Positions 19,740 to 28,465 of a DNA stretch of 64,000 nucleotides are shown here, one piece after another. A program made the position numbers and the translations under genes. Below the pieces are notes generated by a model. The model saw nothing but the letters and a program-made list of their open reading frames with translations. It made no database searches and was not told the DNA's origin. The number at the start of each line of letters is the position of its first letter. Positions within the stretch are counted from its first letter, which is position 1. Location of the stretch: contig OZ245046.1 of the NCBI GenBank assembly GCA_965224245.1, positions 1,472,001 to 1,536,000 of the forward strand, in the 5' to 3' direction. The stretch is from Candidatus Eiseniibacteriota bacterium. Lineage in GTDB: Bacteria; Eisenbacteria; RBG-16-71-46; CAZAMP01.

Positions 19740-19946
19740 CTCGAAACCTGCGAATGGCCTGTAGATTGGCGGCGGACGTTATTGACTACAATGGTCTCAC
19801 GTGACGCCAGTGTGTCAAGTAAGAAATAGTCATCGCGGCGGCCAGAGCGCTCGACGAGATCTCGTTCCCTGGGAGCGACTCAGCAGCAACGACTTCGGAG
19901 TCTCACCAGGAACGCGTGCCCCGGAACCAATGTCAGGCGCGGAGGC

Positions 19947-21035
19947 TCAAGGCAGGAACTTCTCGGGCGCAGCCAGCTTCTCGGGCAGATAGCGTTCGAT
20001 GACGTAGTTGAGCCCGTGCTTGGCCAGCGCCTGCTGCTCGACGCGGACGCCCATCTTCAGCATCTGCTCGATCGCCTTCTGCCACGGCTTGTGGTGCAGG
20101 ATGAACGGATCGTTCTTCAGGGCGTCCTTGGCCCGCTTGACGTCGACCTCCTTCAGCGGGTGCGTCGGCAGATCGTACGTGATGATGTCCTGTGGCGTGA
20201 CGCCGAGGTACCGGGCCTGCGGCACGCAGAAGAACTCGTTGATGTGGGCCGCGTTTCCCGATCCCACCTTCAACGTGCGGTAGATGTTCGAGATCCCGTA
20301 CGGATCGCCGTCGACGAACGCGTACACCGGGAGCTTCTTCTCGTCGGCCAGGCGCCGGATGAAGCGGCGGCAGGCTCGCGTGGGCACGCCTCCCATCGAC
20401 ACGAGGATGCAGGAGGCGTCCTTCCAGTAGTTGTGCTTCACGAGGCGCTGGAACATGCCGGCGGTCTCGATGACCAGCACGAACTTCGCCTTCGTCTCGA
20501 ACTTCAGCTCCTCGACCGAGATGGGCACCGAGTAGGCGCCGGACCCGAACCTCGTGCAGTCGATCCGGAGCTCCTCGCCGGTGTCACGATCGTGGTCGAT
20601 CACCACGAGCTGACCGGCCACGTCACCGCCCTTCTCCTCGGGGATGAAGCCCAGCTGCTCGCGGTTGACCGAGAAGAGGGCCTCGACGTCGTCCATGACC
20701 GCGTCGCTCTCCGGTTGCTCGTCGAACCGGCAATCGCCCCAGTTCTTGGAGACGTAGTAGGCCTCTCGCTTGGTGGCGATGTCGTCGTCGTCGATGAGCT
20801 CCTTCGAGAGCGCCATCATGCGCAGCGACTGCGCGAACGTCTTGACCGTGTTGACGGTCAGCGTACGCTCCTTCTTGGCGCCCTTGATCTCGAAGTAGCC
20901 CTTTCGGGGCGTGTACTTCACGTTCGACAGCGCGCGAAGGGGCAGCTTGAGCGTGGGCTTCTTGCCCTCCAGGATGACCCCGCGGACGCGGGCCGCCTCG
21001 TCCTTGATCTGGCGCTTGAGGGTCTTGCGACTCAT
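19947..21035 (-). CDS. top6A: DNA topoisomerase VI subunit A (Spo11 family)
   Basis: Catalytic Tyr region TKREAYYVSK, QPESDAVMDDVE, TOPRIM VIETAGMF and FVDGDPYG, EQQAL; GGAGGA RBS before ATG 21035. Confidence 0.92.
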   Translation of the reverse strand: MSRKTLKRQIKDEAARVRGVILEGKKPTLKLPLRALSNVKYTPRKGYFEIKGAKKERTLTVNTVKTFAQSLRMMALSKELIDDDDIATKREAYYVSKNWGDCRFDEQPESDAVMDDVEALFSVNREQLGFIPEEKGGDVAGQLVVIDHDRDTGEELRIDCTRFGSGAYSVPISVEELKFETKAKFVLVIETAGMFQRLVKHNYWKDASCILVSMGGVPTRACRRFIRRLADEKKLPVYAFVDGDPYGISNIYRTLKVGSGNAAHINEFFCVPQARYLGVTPQDIITYDLPTHPLKEVDVKRAKDALKNDPFILHHKPWQKAIEQMLKMGVRVEQQALAKHGLNYVIERYLPEKLAAPEKFLP

Positions 21036-22144
21036 CGATGTCCTCCGCAGTGGCGAGCGACGGACGCATCCGCGGCGCTCGCAGTTCGACGACGGGGTCC
21101 CTGCGCTCGCGATCGCCGGCGCGGGGGGCGACGCGGCGCGACGAGGCCGGCGACGCGCGCCTCCACCTTCCGGACGTAGTCGGCGGCGAGCCCGACGAGA
21201 TGGGGATCGCGCGCGTTGAGCACGAAGTTGCACAGGACGAGCGCACGCCCGGCGATGAGGACATCCAGATCCTCGTCGTCGAGGTCCGGCCACGCGCGGA
21301 CGTGCTCGTAGCCCCGCTTGAACGCGGTCAGATGGGCGGCCCAGTCCGATCGATCTCGGATGTGGTGGAGCCCGATCGCGACGTCGTGCGCGGCGTGGCC
21401 CAGGAGCATGTCCTCGAAGTCGATCGCGTGGGCGCGGCCCCCGGCCACGCGCACGTTCCAGGGGTGCAGATCGGCGTGGATCACGTGACGCTCGGCCGAG
21501 CGACTCCAGAAGTGCTCCACCCGCTCGCTCACGCGGGCCAGCGCGTCCGCGAAGACGCGGCGCGTGCGTGCGGACAGGCGCTCGTCGGCACCGGCGCCGG
21601 CGAGCCGGTTCGGCTCCACCGGGGGATGGGCCGCGTTGGCGTACGGCAGCGCCGAGGCGTGGGGCCGTGGAGGTGGGCCGGGGAGCACGAACCGGGCGGC
21701 GTGCTCGTGAAGCTCCGCGGCCAGGGTGCCCCAGAGCTCGGTATCCGTGAGCGACGGCGTGGCGCCGATCGTGCGGCCGGGGACCCAGCCGAACACCACG
21801 GCGTGGCGCGGCTCGGGCATCCCCGGTATCGACTCGGTCGTGAAGCGCCGGCCGTCACGGGTGCGACGCATGACCGGCACCACGAGCGTCGTGTCGGCGG
21901 CGAGCGCATCCAGCCAGCGGCTCTCGCGCTCGATGTCGTCGGGACCGTGACAGCCGGACGGATCGTAGACGCGGAGCACGAGGCGCTCTCCGGTATCGAT
22001 GCGAACGACGAAGAGGGCGTTCGTGGTGTTCGGAATCCGGCGGAGCGACACGACCCGGAGCCGGTGTCGCGAAAGTGCCCGCTCGGCCAGAGCACGGAGC
22101 CGGCGGCTCCGGGTCCGTACCGACGCCTCGTAGTACGAGCGCAT
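21032..22144 (-). CDS. Aminoglycoside phosphotransferase / type II homoserine kinase-like protein
   Basis: VLRVY, ESRWLDAL, catalytic HADLHPWNV, IDFED, HDVA. Confidence 0.85.
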   Translation of the reverse strand: MRSYYEASVRTRSRRLRALAERALSRHRLRVVSLRRIPNTTNALFVVRIDTGERLVLRVYDPSGCHGPDDIERESRWLDALAADTTLVVPVMRRTRDGRRFTTESIPGMPEPRHAVVFGWVPGRTIGATPSLTDTELWGTLAAELHEHAARFVLPGPPPRPHASALPYANAAHPPVEPNRLAGAGADERLSARTRRVFADALARVSERVEHFWSRSAERHVIHADLHPWNVRVAGGRAHAIDFEDMLLGHAAHDVAIGLHHIRDRSDWAAHLTAFKRGYEHVRAWPDLDDEDLDVLIAGRALVLCNFVLNARDPHLVGLAADYVRKVEARVAGLVAPRRPPRRRSRAQGPRRRTASAADASVARHCGGHR

Positions 22145-22146
22145 GC

Positions 22147-23895
22147 CTAGAGCTTCCGGCTGCGTTCGAGCGTGTCGGTGAGCGTCTCGATGATGTCGGC
22201 CTTCTGCTTCTCGGTGAGCCCGAGAATGTCCTCGAGGGCGATCCCGATGTGAGGGATGTACTTCTCGATGTACGCGCGCTTCTTCAGCGAGTCGGCCTCG
22301 CGCTTGCGCCGCTTCAGGTACTGTCCGAGCTTCCGGCCGCAGTCCTGGAGCGCCAGGCGCATCTCCTTGAGGATCTCCGGGTAGTGGGCGATCGCCTCCT
22401 TGCTCTCGGACGTGAACGGAACCCACACCGAGGCGATGTGCATGAAGAGCACCATGGGGGCGGCCGGGAATGCTCCCCGTGACTGGCTGAGACCGTAGTT
22501 GCGCCATGCGGTGGCGATCACGGCCTTCGAGCACGCGCACGCGGACTGCTGATAGAGCAGCGGGACGCGGTTGGCGAACCGGTGGAGCGTGATCAGCTCG
22601 TCGCCCGGCAGATCGCCGCCGTACGCGATGCCGACCTCGACCTGGAACGGGTTGCCGCGGTACACCGACGGCGCGCGCGTCGTGGTCAGGTAGATGTCGG
22701 CGTTCACCTGGGCCCGGAGGCCGGCCTCCATCGCGTCGGGTCCGATCGGCGACAGGCAGTCGGTGGGGGGCGCCATGATCTTGACCGACTGGATCGACTG
22801 ATAGAGCTCCTCGGCCGCGTCGCGATGGATGCGCGCGGGAGACGCGTTGGGCTTCAGGCCCGCACCGGCGACGATCTCGCCGGAGACCTTCGCGCTGACG
22901 CGGCTGAACTCGGTGTGAAGAAACGCCGACACGGTCCGGGACTTCGTCTCCTTGAGCATCTTCATCAGGAGCCCCAGCTCGATCCCGTGGGGGTGGGGCT
23001 TGATCTCGCGCGGCTCGATCGGGAGATCGGGGCTCGTGCGCTCGAAGATCGTCTCGGGGATCTTCGGGGTCACGTACGTGATTCGCGCATGGGGGTTGGC
23101 CAGCGCGGTGGCCTCGATGTAGCCGTCGACCGAACGCTTGCCCTTCTGGTAGAGCCCTTCCAGCTCCAGCTCGATTCGCGTGCCGTGCCCGGGCTCCCAC
23201 TCGATCTCGGCCTCGCGCGACACGAGCGGCGCGTTCTTGTTGGTGTCGATCTGGATCGCGAACTCGAACGCCTTGTGCCGCTTGCCCGCGCGGCTGATCA
23301 CACGCATGGCCTTGCCGGTGGTGAGCTGACCGTACATGCCGGCGGCCGAGATCCCGATGCCCTGCTGGCCGCGGGACTGGCGCCGGGCGTGGAACTTCGA
23401 GCCATACAGGAGCTGCCCGAAGATCCGCGGGATCTGCGACTTGACGATGCCCGGGCCGTTGTCCTGGACGACGATGCGGTAGCGACCCTCGCGGAGCTCG
23501 TGGATCTCAACGCGGAGCTCGGGCAGGATGCGGGCCTCCTCACAGGCATCGAGCGCGTTGTCGACCGCCTCCTTGATCGTGGTCAGGAGCGCCTTCTTGG
23601 GGTTGTCGAAGCCCAGGAGATGACGGTTCTTCGCGAAGAACTCCGAGACCGAGATCTCGCGCTGTCCTTTCGCCATGTCCTGAGCGGTGCGGGAGGTCGA
23701 GGCGCCGCGAGCCCGTCCGCCCCGCCTGGACGACGCGGGGGCGGAGGACGTCCGCGAGGATGCGCCACGCGCCGACCGGGTGGGGCGGGCCTTGCCGTTG
23801 CTGGACGCCGCCGCGGGCGCGGCGTCCTCGGCGTTCAGGTCCAGCGAGATCTGATCCGAGGCGCGCTTGGTCGTCTTTCGCTTTCGGGTTGCCAT
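22147..23895 (-). CDS. top6B: DNA topoisomerase VI subunit B
   Basis: EISVSEFFAKNRHLLGF, GHKL motifs KEAVDNALDACEE, DNGPGI, SRGQQGIGIS, GTRI; transducer RFANRVPLLY, VPFTSESKEAI. Confidence 0.93.
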   Translation of the reverse strand: MATRKRKTTKRASDQISLDLNAEDAAPAAASSNGKARPTRSARGASSRTSSAPASSRRGGRARGASTSRTAQDMAKGQREISVSEFFAKNRHLLGFDNPKKALLTTIKEAVDNALDACEEARILPELRVEIHELREGRYRIVVQDNGPGIVKSQIPRIFGQLLYGSKFHARRQSRGQQGIGISAAGMYGQLTTGKAMRVISRAGKRHKAFEFAIQIDTNKNAPLVSREAEIEWEPGHGTRIELELEGLYQKGKRSVDGYIEATALANPHARITYVTPKIPETIFERTSPDLPIEPREIKPHPHGIELGLLMKMLKETKSRTVSAFLHTEFSRVSAKVSGEIVAGAGLKPNASPARIHRDAAEELYQSIQSVKIMAPPTDCLSPIGPDAMEAGLRAQVNADIYLTTTRAPSVYRGNPFQVEVGIAYGGDLPGDELITLHRFANRVPLLYQQSACACSKAVIATAWRNYGLSQSRGAFPAAPMVLFMHIASVWVPFTSESKEAIAHYPEILKEMRLALQDCGRKLGQYLKRRKREADSLKKRAYIEKYIPHIGIALEDILGLTEKQKADIIETLTDTLERSRKL

Positions 23896-24068
23896 GGCGA
23901 GGATCCGCTGTCTCGTGACTCGAGGTGTGTGCGACCGAGGGGACACCGGCGGGGCCGACGGCCCGCCTGCCGGACGTACCGGCGCGCCGGCGTTCTCGGA
24001 CTCGGGGGCCTCGCCAGCACGCCCGACGATTAGCAACGTCTCCGCCCGGAGTCAAGCGCCGCCCGGCA

Positions 24069-24098
24069 TTGACGGCGGCCGCCGGTGGGGTGTAGCTT
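24069..24098 (+). promoter_or_regulatory. Putative promoter of BMC operon
   Basis: TTGACG (24069), 18 nt spacer, TAGCTT (24093) in the divergent top6B/BMC intergenic region. Confidence 0.35.
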
Positions 24099-24191
24099 CC
24101 GCCAATTGGTTGACGTAGAACGTCTTTTCGGGCTCGCGCCCGCGCGGACTCCCCGGTGCCGCGGCGCCGAAACGCGAGAGGAAGGCAGAGG

Positions 24192-24485
24192 ATGGAAGAA
24201 GCTCTGGGACTCATCGAGACCCGAGGCTTCACGGCGCTGGTGGAAGCATCGGACGCCATGGCCAAGGCCGCGAAGGTGCGCCTCGTTCGATACGAGAAGA
24301 TCGGCGGCGGCTACGTCACGACGATGGTCCGGGGCGACGTGGCCGCGGTCCGCGCAGCGGTCGAGGCCGGCAGCGCCGCTGCCGCCAAGGTCGGTGAGCT
24401 CGTGGCCGCGCACGTGATCCCGCGTCCGCACGCGATGGTCGACGAGGTGCTCCCGGTGGGCGCTCTGGCGACCGAGACCGCGTAG
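24192..24485 (+). CDS. Microcompartment hexameric shell protein (BMC-H, EutM/PduA-like)
   Basis: [49 protein letters not shown]. Confidence 0.95.
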   Translation: MEEALGLIETRGFTALVEASDAMAKAAKVRLVRYEKIGGGYVTTMVRGDVAAVRAAVEAGSAAAAKVGELVAAHVIPRPHAMVDEVLPVGALATETA

Positions 24486-24498
24486 CCGGTCCGGCGCG

Positions 24499-24786
24499 AT
24501 GCAGATCTGCCGCGTCGTGGGCACGGTCGTCGCGACGCGCAAGCAGACCCCGCTCACGGGGATCCGGTTTCTCCTGGTCGAGCCCGTTCGCCCCGACGGC
24601 CACCCCAGTGCCGGGACGCTTGTCGCCGCCGATGCCGTCGGCGCCGGACCCGGGGAGACCGTCCTCATCGCCCAGGGATCGAGCGCGCGCCTCACCGACG
24701 TCTCTCAGGATCGACCGATCGACGCGGTGATCATGGCGATCGTCGACGAGATCGAGATCGACGGAGACGTGGTCTTCCGCAAGTAG
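24499..24786 (+). CDS. Microcompartment vertex protein (BMC-P, EutN/CcmL family)
   Basis: MQICRVVGTVVATRK, VAADAVGAGPGETVL..GSSAR, PIDAVIMAIVD. Confidence 0.95.
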   Translation: MQICRVVGTVVATRKQTPLTGIRFLLVEPVRPDGHPSAGTLVAADAVGAGPGETVLIAQGSSARLTDVSQDRPIDAVIMAIVDEIEIDGDVVFRK

Positions 24787-24793
24787 TCACGAG

Positions 24794-26242
24794 GTGGCGT
24801 TGGACGATCGGCGGATCGACGACATCGTCGAGCGCGTGCTCGCACGGCTCGAGTCGGGTCCGGGCTCCGCAAGTGGGCACCCGGGCGAGGCACCCGTGCG
24901 CTCGGGCGAGCGCCCCGGCCGCGGCGTGATCGCCGACCTGGACACGGCCGTGGAGACCGCGCGCCGATCCCAGCGGCAGCTCGCGACGCTCCCTCTGGAC
25001 ACCCGCCGCTTGGCCGTGGTCTCGATGCGGCGCGCGGTGCGCGCGGCGGCCCGCCTCCTGGCTGAGATGGCCGTCCGCGAGACGGGAATGGGGCGCGTCG
25101 AGGACAAGATCAAGAAGAACCTCCTCGTCGGCGAGCAGACGCCTGGGGTGGAGATCCTTCAGCCGACCACCTACACCGGCGACCACGGCATGACGCTGAT
25201 CGAGCACGCGCCGTACGGCGTCGTCGCGTCGGTCACGCCGTCCACGAACCCGTCCGAGACCGTCATCAACAACACCATCGGCATGGTGGCCGCGGGTAAC
25301 GGGGTCGTGGTGGCGCCCCACCCGGGTGCGAAGGCGGTCACACAGCGCACGGTGGAGATCCTCAACGACGCGATCGCGGGCGTCGGGGGCCCCGGTGAGC
25401 TCATCACGGTGCTCGCCGATCCCTCGATCGAGGCCACCGGAGCCCTGATGGCGCATCCCGGGGTTCGGCTCGTCGTCGTGACCGGGGGACCGGGCGTCGT
25501 GTCCGCCGCGATGAAGTCGGGGAAGAAGGTCGTCGCGGCCGGGCCGGGGAACCCGCCGGTCGTCGTGGACGAGACCGCGGACATCCCCGACGCCGCCCGG
25601 CACATCGTCATGGGGGCGTCGCTCGACAACAACATCGTGTGCTCGGACGAGAAGGAGGTCATCGCCGTCGACCGCATCGCCGATTCGCTCCTGTCGGAGA
25701 TGGAGCGGGCCGACGCGGTCCGGCTGACGCGATCGCAGACCGAGCAGATCTCGAATCTCCTGTTCGCCGAGGTGCGGGGTCCCCGCCGCCACGCGGTGAT
25801 GAACCGTCAGGTGATCGGCCGGGACGCCGCGGTGCTGGCGTCGCGCATCGGCCTCGCCTGTGATCCGAAGACGCGGCTCCTGGTCGCGGAGGTTCCGGCC
25901 GAGCACCCGCTCCTGTGGACCGAGCAGCTGACCCCGGTGATGCCGGTGACGCGCGTGCCCGACGTGGACGCGGCGATCGAGCTCGCCCGCGGGGTGGAGC
26001 ACGGGTACGGCCACACGGCCGTCATGCACTCCCGCGACGTCGCCAACCTCAGCCGCATGGCGCGCGTCATGGACACCTGCATCTTCGTCAAGAACGGACC
26101 GGCCTACGCCGGGCTGGGCTACGGTGGCGAGGGGCCGACGTCGTTCACGATCGCGCACCCCACCGGAGACGGGCTCTCGAACGCGATCACGTTCTCGCGC
26201 ATTCGCCGGTGCGTGCTCGTCGACTACTTCCGGATCGTGTGA
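24794..26242 (+). CDS. CoA-acylating aldehyde dehydrogenase (EutE/PduP-like)
   Basis: PSTNPSET, VTGGPGVV, AGPGNPPVVVDETAD, catalytic Cys in DNNIVCSDEKE, TSFTIAHPTGDG; N-terminal encapsulation-peptide-like helix. Confidence 0.92.
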   Translation: MALDDRRIDDIVERVLARLESGPGSASGHPGEAPVRSGERPGRGVIADLDTAVETARRSQRQLATLPLDTRRLAVVSMRRAVRAAARLLAEMAVRETGMGRVEDKIKKNLLVGEQTPGVEILQPTTYTGDHGMTLIEHAPYGVVASVTPSTNPSETVINNTIGMVAAGNGVVVAPHPGAKAVTQRTVEILNDAIAGVGGPGELITVLADPSIEATGALMAHPGVRLVVVTGGPGVVSAAMKSGKKVVAAGPGNPPVVVDETADIPDAARHIVMGASLDNNIVCSDEKEVIAVDRIADSLLSEMERADAVRLTRSQTEQISNLLFAEVRGPRRHAVMNRQVIGRDAAVLASRIGLACDPKTRLLVAEVPAEHPLLWTEQLTPVMPVTRVPDVDAAIELARGVEHGYGHTAVMHSRDVANLSRMARVMDTCIFVKNGPAYAGLGYGGEGPTSFTIAHPTGDGLSNAITFSRIRRCVLVDYFRIV

Positions 26243-26835
26243 TGCTCGCGGAACCGGCGCTCGGGGTGGTCGAGCTCGACTCGATCGCGGTGGGGCTCCG
26301 CACCGCCGACGTGATCGTCAAGGAGGCACCGGTCGCCCTCGTCCTGGCGACTCCGGCCACGCCGGGTCGGTTCCTGATCGTCTTCGGGGGCGAGGTTGCG
26401 AACGTGAGCTTCGCGTTCCGGCGCGGTTGCGAGTTCGGCGGGGCCCACCTGGTGGATTCCCTCGAGCTGTCGGTCGTCGACCCGCAGGTGCCGGCTGCGC
26501 TGGCGGGGCCGCGACCGCCCGAGCGGCCCGATGCGCTGGGGGTGGTGGAGACCCGCACGTCCGCGGCGGCCATCGTGGCCGGCGACGCGGCCGCGAAGCG
26601 GGCGCACGTGCACGTCGTCCAGATTGTGGTCAGCCGAGGGCTGCACGGCAAAGGCTTCGTGACCCTCGGGGGGGCCGTGCACGACATCGAGGCGGCCGTC
26701 GACGCGGCGTCCGGGGCGGCGGACGCGCGAGGGGGGCACCTGTCGCGCGCGATCATCGCCAACCCCGATGACGCGATTCGCGCCGTGATCCACCGGGGTG
26801 ACTGGGGACGATGGGGCGACGTCCCGCTCTACTGA
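26242..26835 (+). CDS. Microcompartment tandem-domain shell protein (BMC-T, PduT-like)
   Basis: Two BMC repeats: ALGVVELDSIAVG..D.IVKEA and ALGVVET..GDAAAKRA..GKGFVTLGG. Confidence 0.85.
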   Translation: MLAEPALGVVELDSIAVGLRTADVIVKEAPVALVLATPATPGRFLIVFGGEVANVSFAFRRGCEFGGAHLVDSLELSVVDPQVPAALAGPRPPERPDALGVVETRTSAAAIVAGDAAAKRAHVHVVQIVVSRGLHGKGFVTLGGAVHDIEAAVDAASGAADARGGHLSRAIIANPDDAIRAVIHRGDWGRWGDVPLY

Positions 26836-26891
26836 TCGAGTGTGCGGGCGCCGCCGCGCGCGGCGAGGCCGGAGCGGCCCGGAGGTGAGAC

Positions 26892-27164
26892 ATGCACTTC
26901 GCGCGGATCGTGGGAACGGTCGTGGCCACCACCAAGACTCCCGGGCTCGCCGGGCGGCGTCTGGTCGTGCTGGAGCCGACCGATCGGGACGGACGCGGGC
27001 TCGAGCGGGAGCCGGTCGTGGCGGTGGATCTCGTCTCGGCGGCGCCCGGGCAGCGGGTGTTCTTCGTTCGGGCGCGAGAGGCGGCCAACGCTCTGGATGA
27101 CGTCAACAACCCGGTTGATGCAGCCGTTCTGGGCATCGTCGACGCGGTCCGGACCGAGCGCTGA
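26892..27164 (+). CDS. Microcompartment vertex protein (BMC-P, EutN/CcmL family), second copy
   Basis: MHFARIVGTVVATTK, VAVDLVSAAPGQRV, PVDAAVLGIVD; GGAGG RBS. Confidence 0.9.
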   Translation: MHFARIVGTVVATTKTPGLAGRRLVVLEPTDRDGRGLEREPVVAVDLVSAAPGQRVFFVRAREAANALDDVNNPVDAAVLGIVDAVRTER

Positions 27165-27202
27165 GGCGGATTCGGCGCCCGTCGCCCGAGGGCGCGGGGG
27201 CT

Positions 27203-27232
27203 TTGACACCCGGCGGAGTCCTCTGCTAGAGT
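27203..27232 (+). promoter_or_regulatory. Putative sigma70 promoter of the HU gene
   Basis: TTGACA (27203), 18 nt spacer, extended -10 TGcTAGAGT (27224-27232). Confidence 0.55.
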
Positions 27233-27311
27233 GTCAACGTTCGGCACGGCAATGCTTTAGCCGAGCACATGGCGCGGCGCGCACGCGGCGGACCCTGACG
27301 CGAGGTGTTGG

Positions 27312-27644
27312 ATGACCAAAGCCGACCTGATCGACGAGATTGCGGCGAAGCGGGGCGCGTCTCGTAGCGAGACCGCCAAGATCGTGAACGGTCTGATCGA
27401 TGCGATTTGTCACGCGCTGATCGATGGACGGCACATCGAGATCCGGAAGTTCGGCACCTTCAAGGTCCGCGAGCGTCGCTCCCGGATCGCACGCAACCCC
27501 CGCAGTGGCGCCACGGTGCGGGTTCCGGCGAAGCTGGTTCCCCACTTCAAGGCCTCGCGAGAGCTCCGGGACGCGGTGGCCGAGAAGCTCGCGCTGGCCG
27601 CCCTGGAGGATCGAACGGACGCGTCGTATCCCGGCACGCCGTGA
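27312..27644 (+). CDS. HU/IHF family DNA-binding protein
   Basis: MTKADLIDEIA, IEIRKFGTFKV, ARNPRSGATV, PHFKASRELR. Confidence 0.95.
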   Translation: MTKADLIDEIAAKRGASRSETAKIVNGLIDAICHALIDGRHIEIRKFGTFKVRERRSRIARNPRSGATVRVPAKLVPHFKASRELRDAVAEKLALAALEDRTDASYPGTP

Positions 27645-27831
27645 TCGCCGTCCCGGGTTCACGAACCGGGGGCTGGCGCCGATTGCATGATTCTGGTAGA
27701 AATCTACGCCGATCGAACGTGACGTGACCACGCGCCCTCCGGGTCCGCGTGGGCTGGGAAGGCCGCACCTCGACGCGGCCGATTTTGTCGGACACCGGTC
27801 TGTCCGACGCGACTCAATCGAGGAGGGGCGA

Positions 27832-27924
27832 ATGCCCTGCGGACGCAAGCGCAAGCGCAAGAAGATCGCCACGCACAAGCGCAAGAAGCGACTTCGCGCG
27901 AACCGCCACAAGAAGAAGCGCTAG
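27832..27924 (+). CDS. Small basic protein, AURKAIP1/COX24 (bS22/mS38-like ribosomal protein) family
   Basis: 30 aa MPCGRKRKRKKIATHKRKKRLRANRHKKKR; GAGGAGG RBS. Confidence 0.85.
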   Translation: MPCGRKRKRKKIATHKRKKRLRANRHKKKR

Positions 27925-27927
27925 GTC

Positions 27928-28320
27928 GTGAACGAACGTCGGTACACACCGCGCGCGAACGTCGCCATCGCGTTGCGGACCGGATCCGAGCCGGCGGACG
28001 TCATCCGGACGGTCAATCTCTCCTCGGGCGGGGTGGCCTTCGAGTCGCCCCGCTGGATGGAGCCGTTCACCAAGCTCGAGATGATGTTCGTGTTTCCCAC
28101 CACCGGGACCGAGTCCGGCGACGACGAACGCATCGTCCGGGTGGAGGCCGTCGTCATGCGAACCGAGCCCGAGGACCCGGCCGACGACGTCGACCGCTAC
28201 CGGATCGCGTGCTGCTTCACGGGCATGCGGGCCGCGGACCGGGAGTTCGTGGCCGAGTACGTGGAGGGTGTGATTGCCGCCGAGGAGCGGCGTGCGGCGG
28301 GGAACGAATCCCCGGCGTGA
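27928..28320 (+). CDS. PilZ domain protein (c-di-GMP receptor)
   Basis: RxxxR (RRYTPR) and [D/N]xSxxG (NLSSGG) motifs. Confidence 0.85.
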   Translation: MNERRYTPRANVAIALRTGSEPADVIRTVNLSSGGVAFESPRWMEPFTKLEMMFVFPTTGTESGDDERIVRVEAVVMRTEPEDPADDVDRYRIACCFTGMRAADREFVAEYVEGVIAAEERRAAGNESPA

Positions 28321-28465
28321 CATGCTGCCGGCCAGCATGTGGGGCCCGCCGAGCCGCGACCCCGGGCGTCCGGGCCACGGCGCGGATTCCCCGCTCTCCG
28401 GAACCCGGCCGCCGGCAGCGTGTATCATCGACGACTCCGGATGCCAGAACCACGAGGCCTCATCG

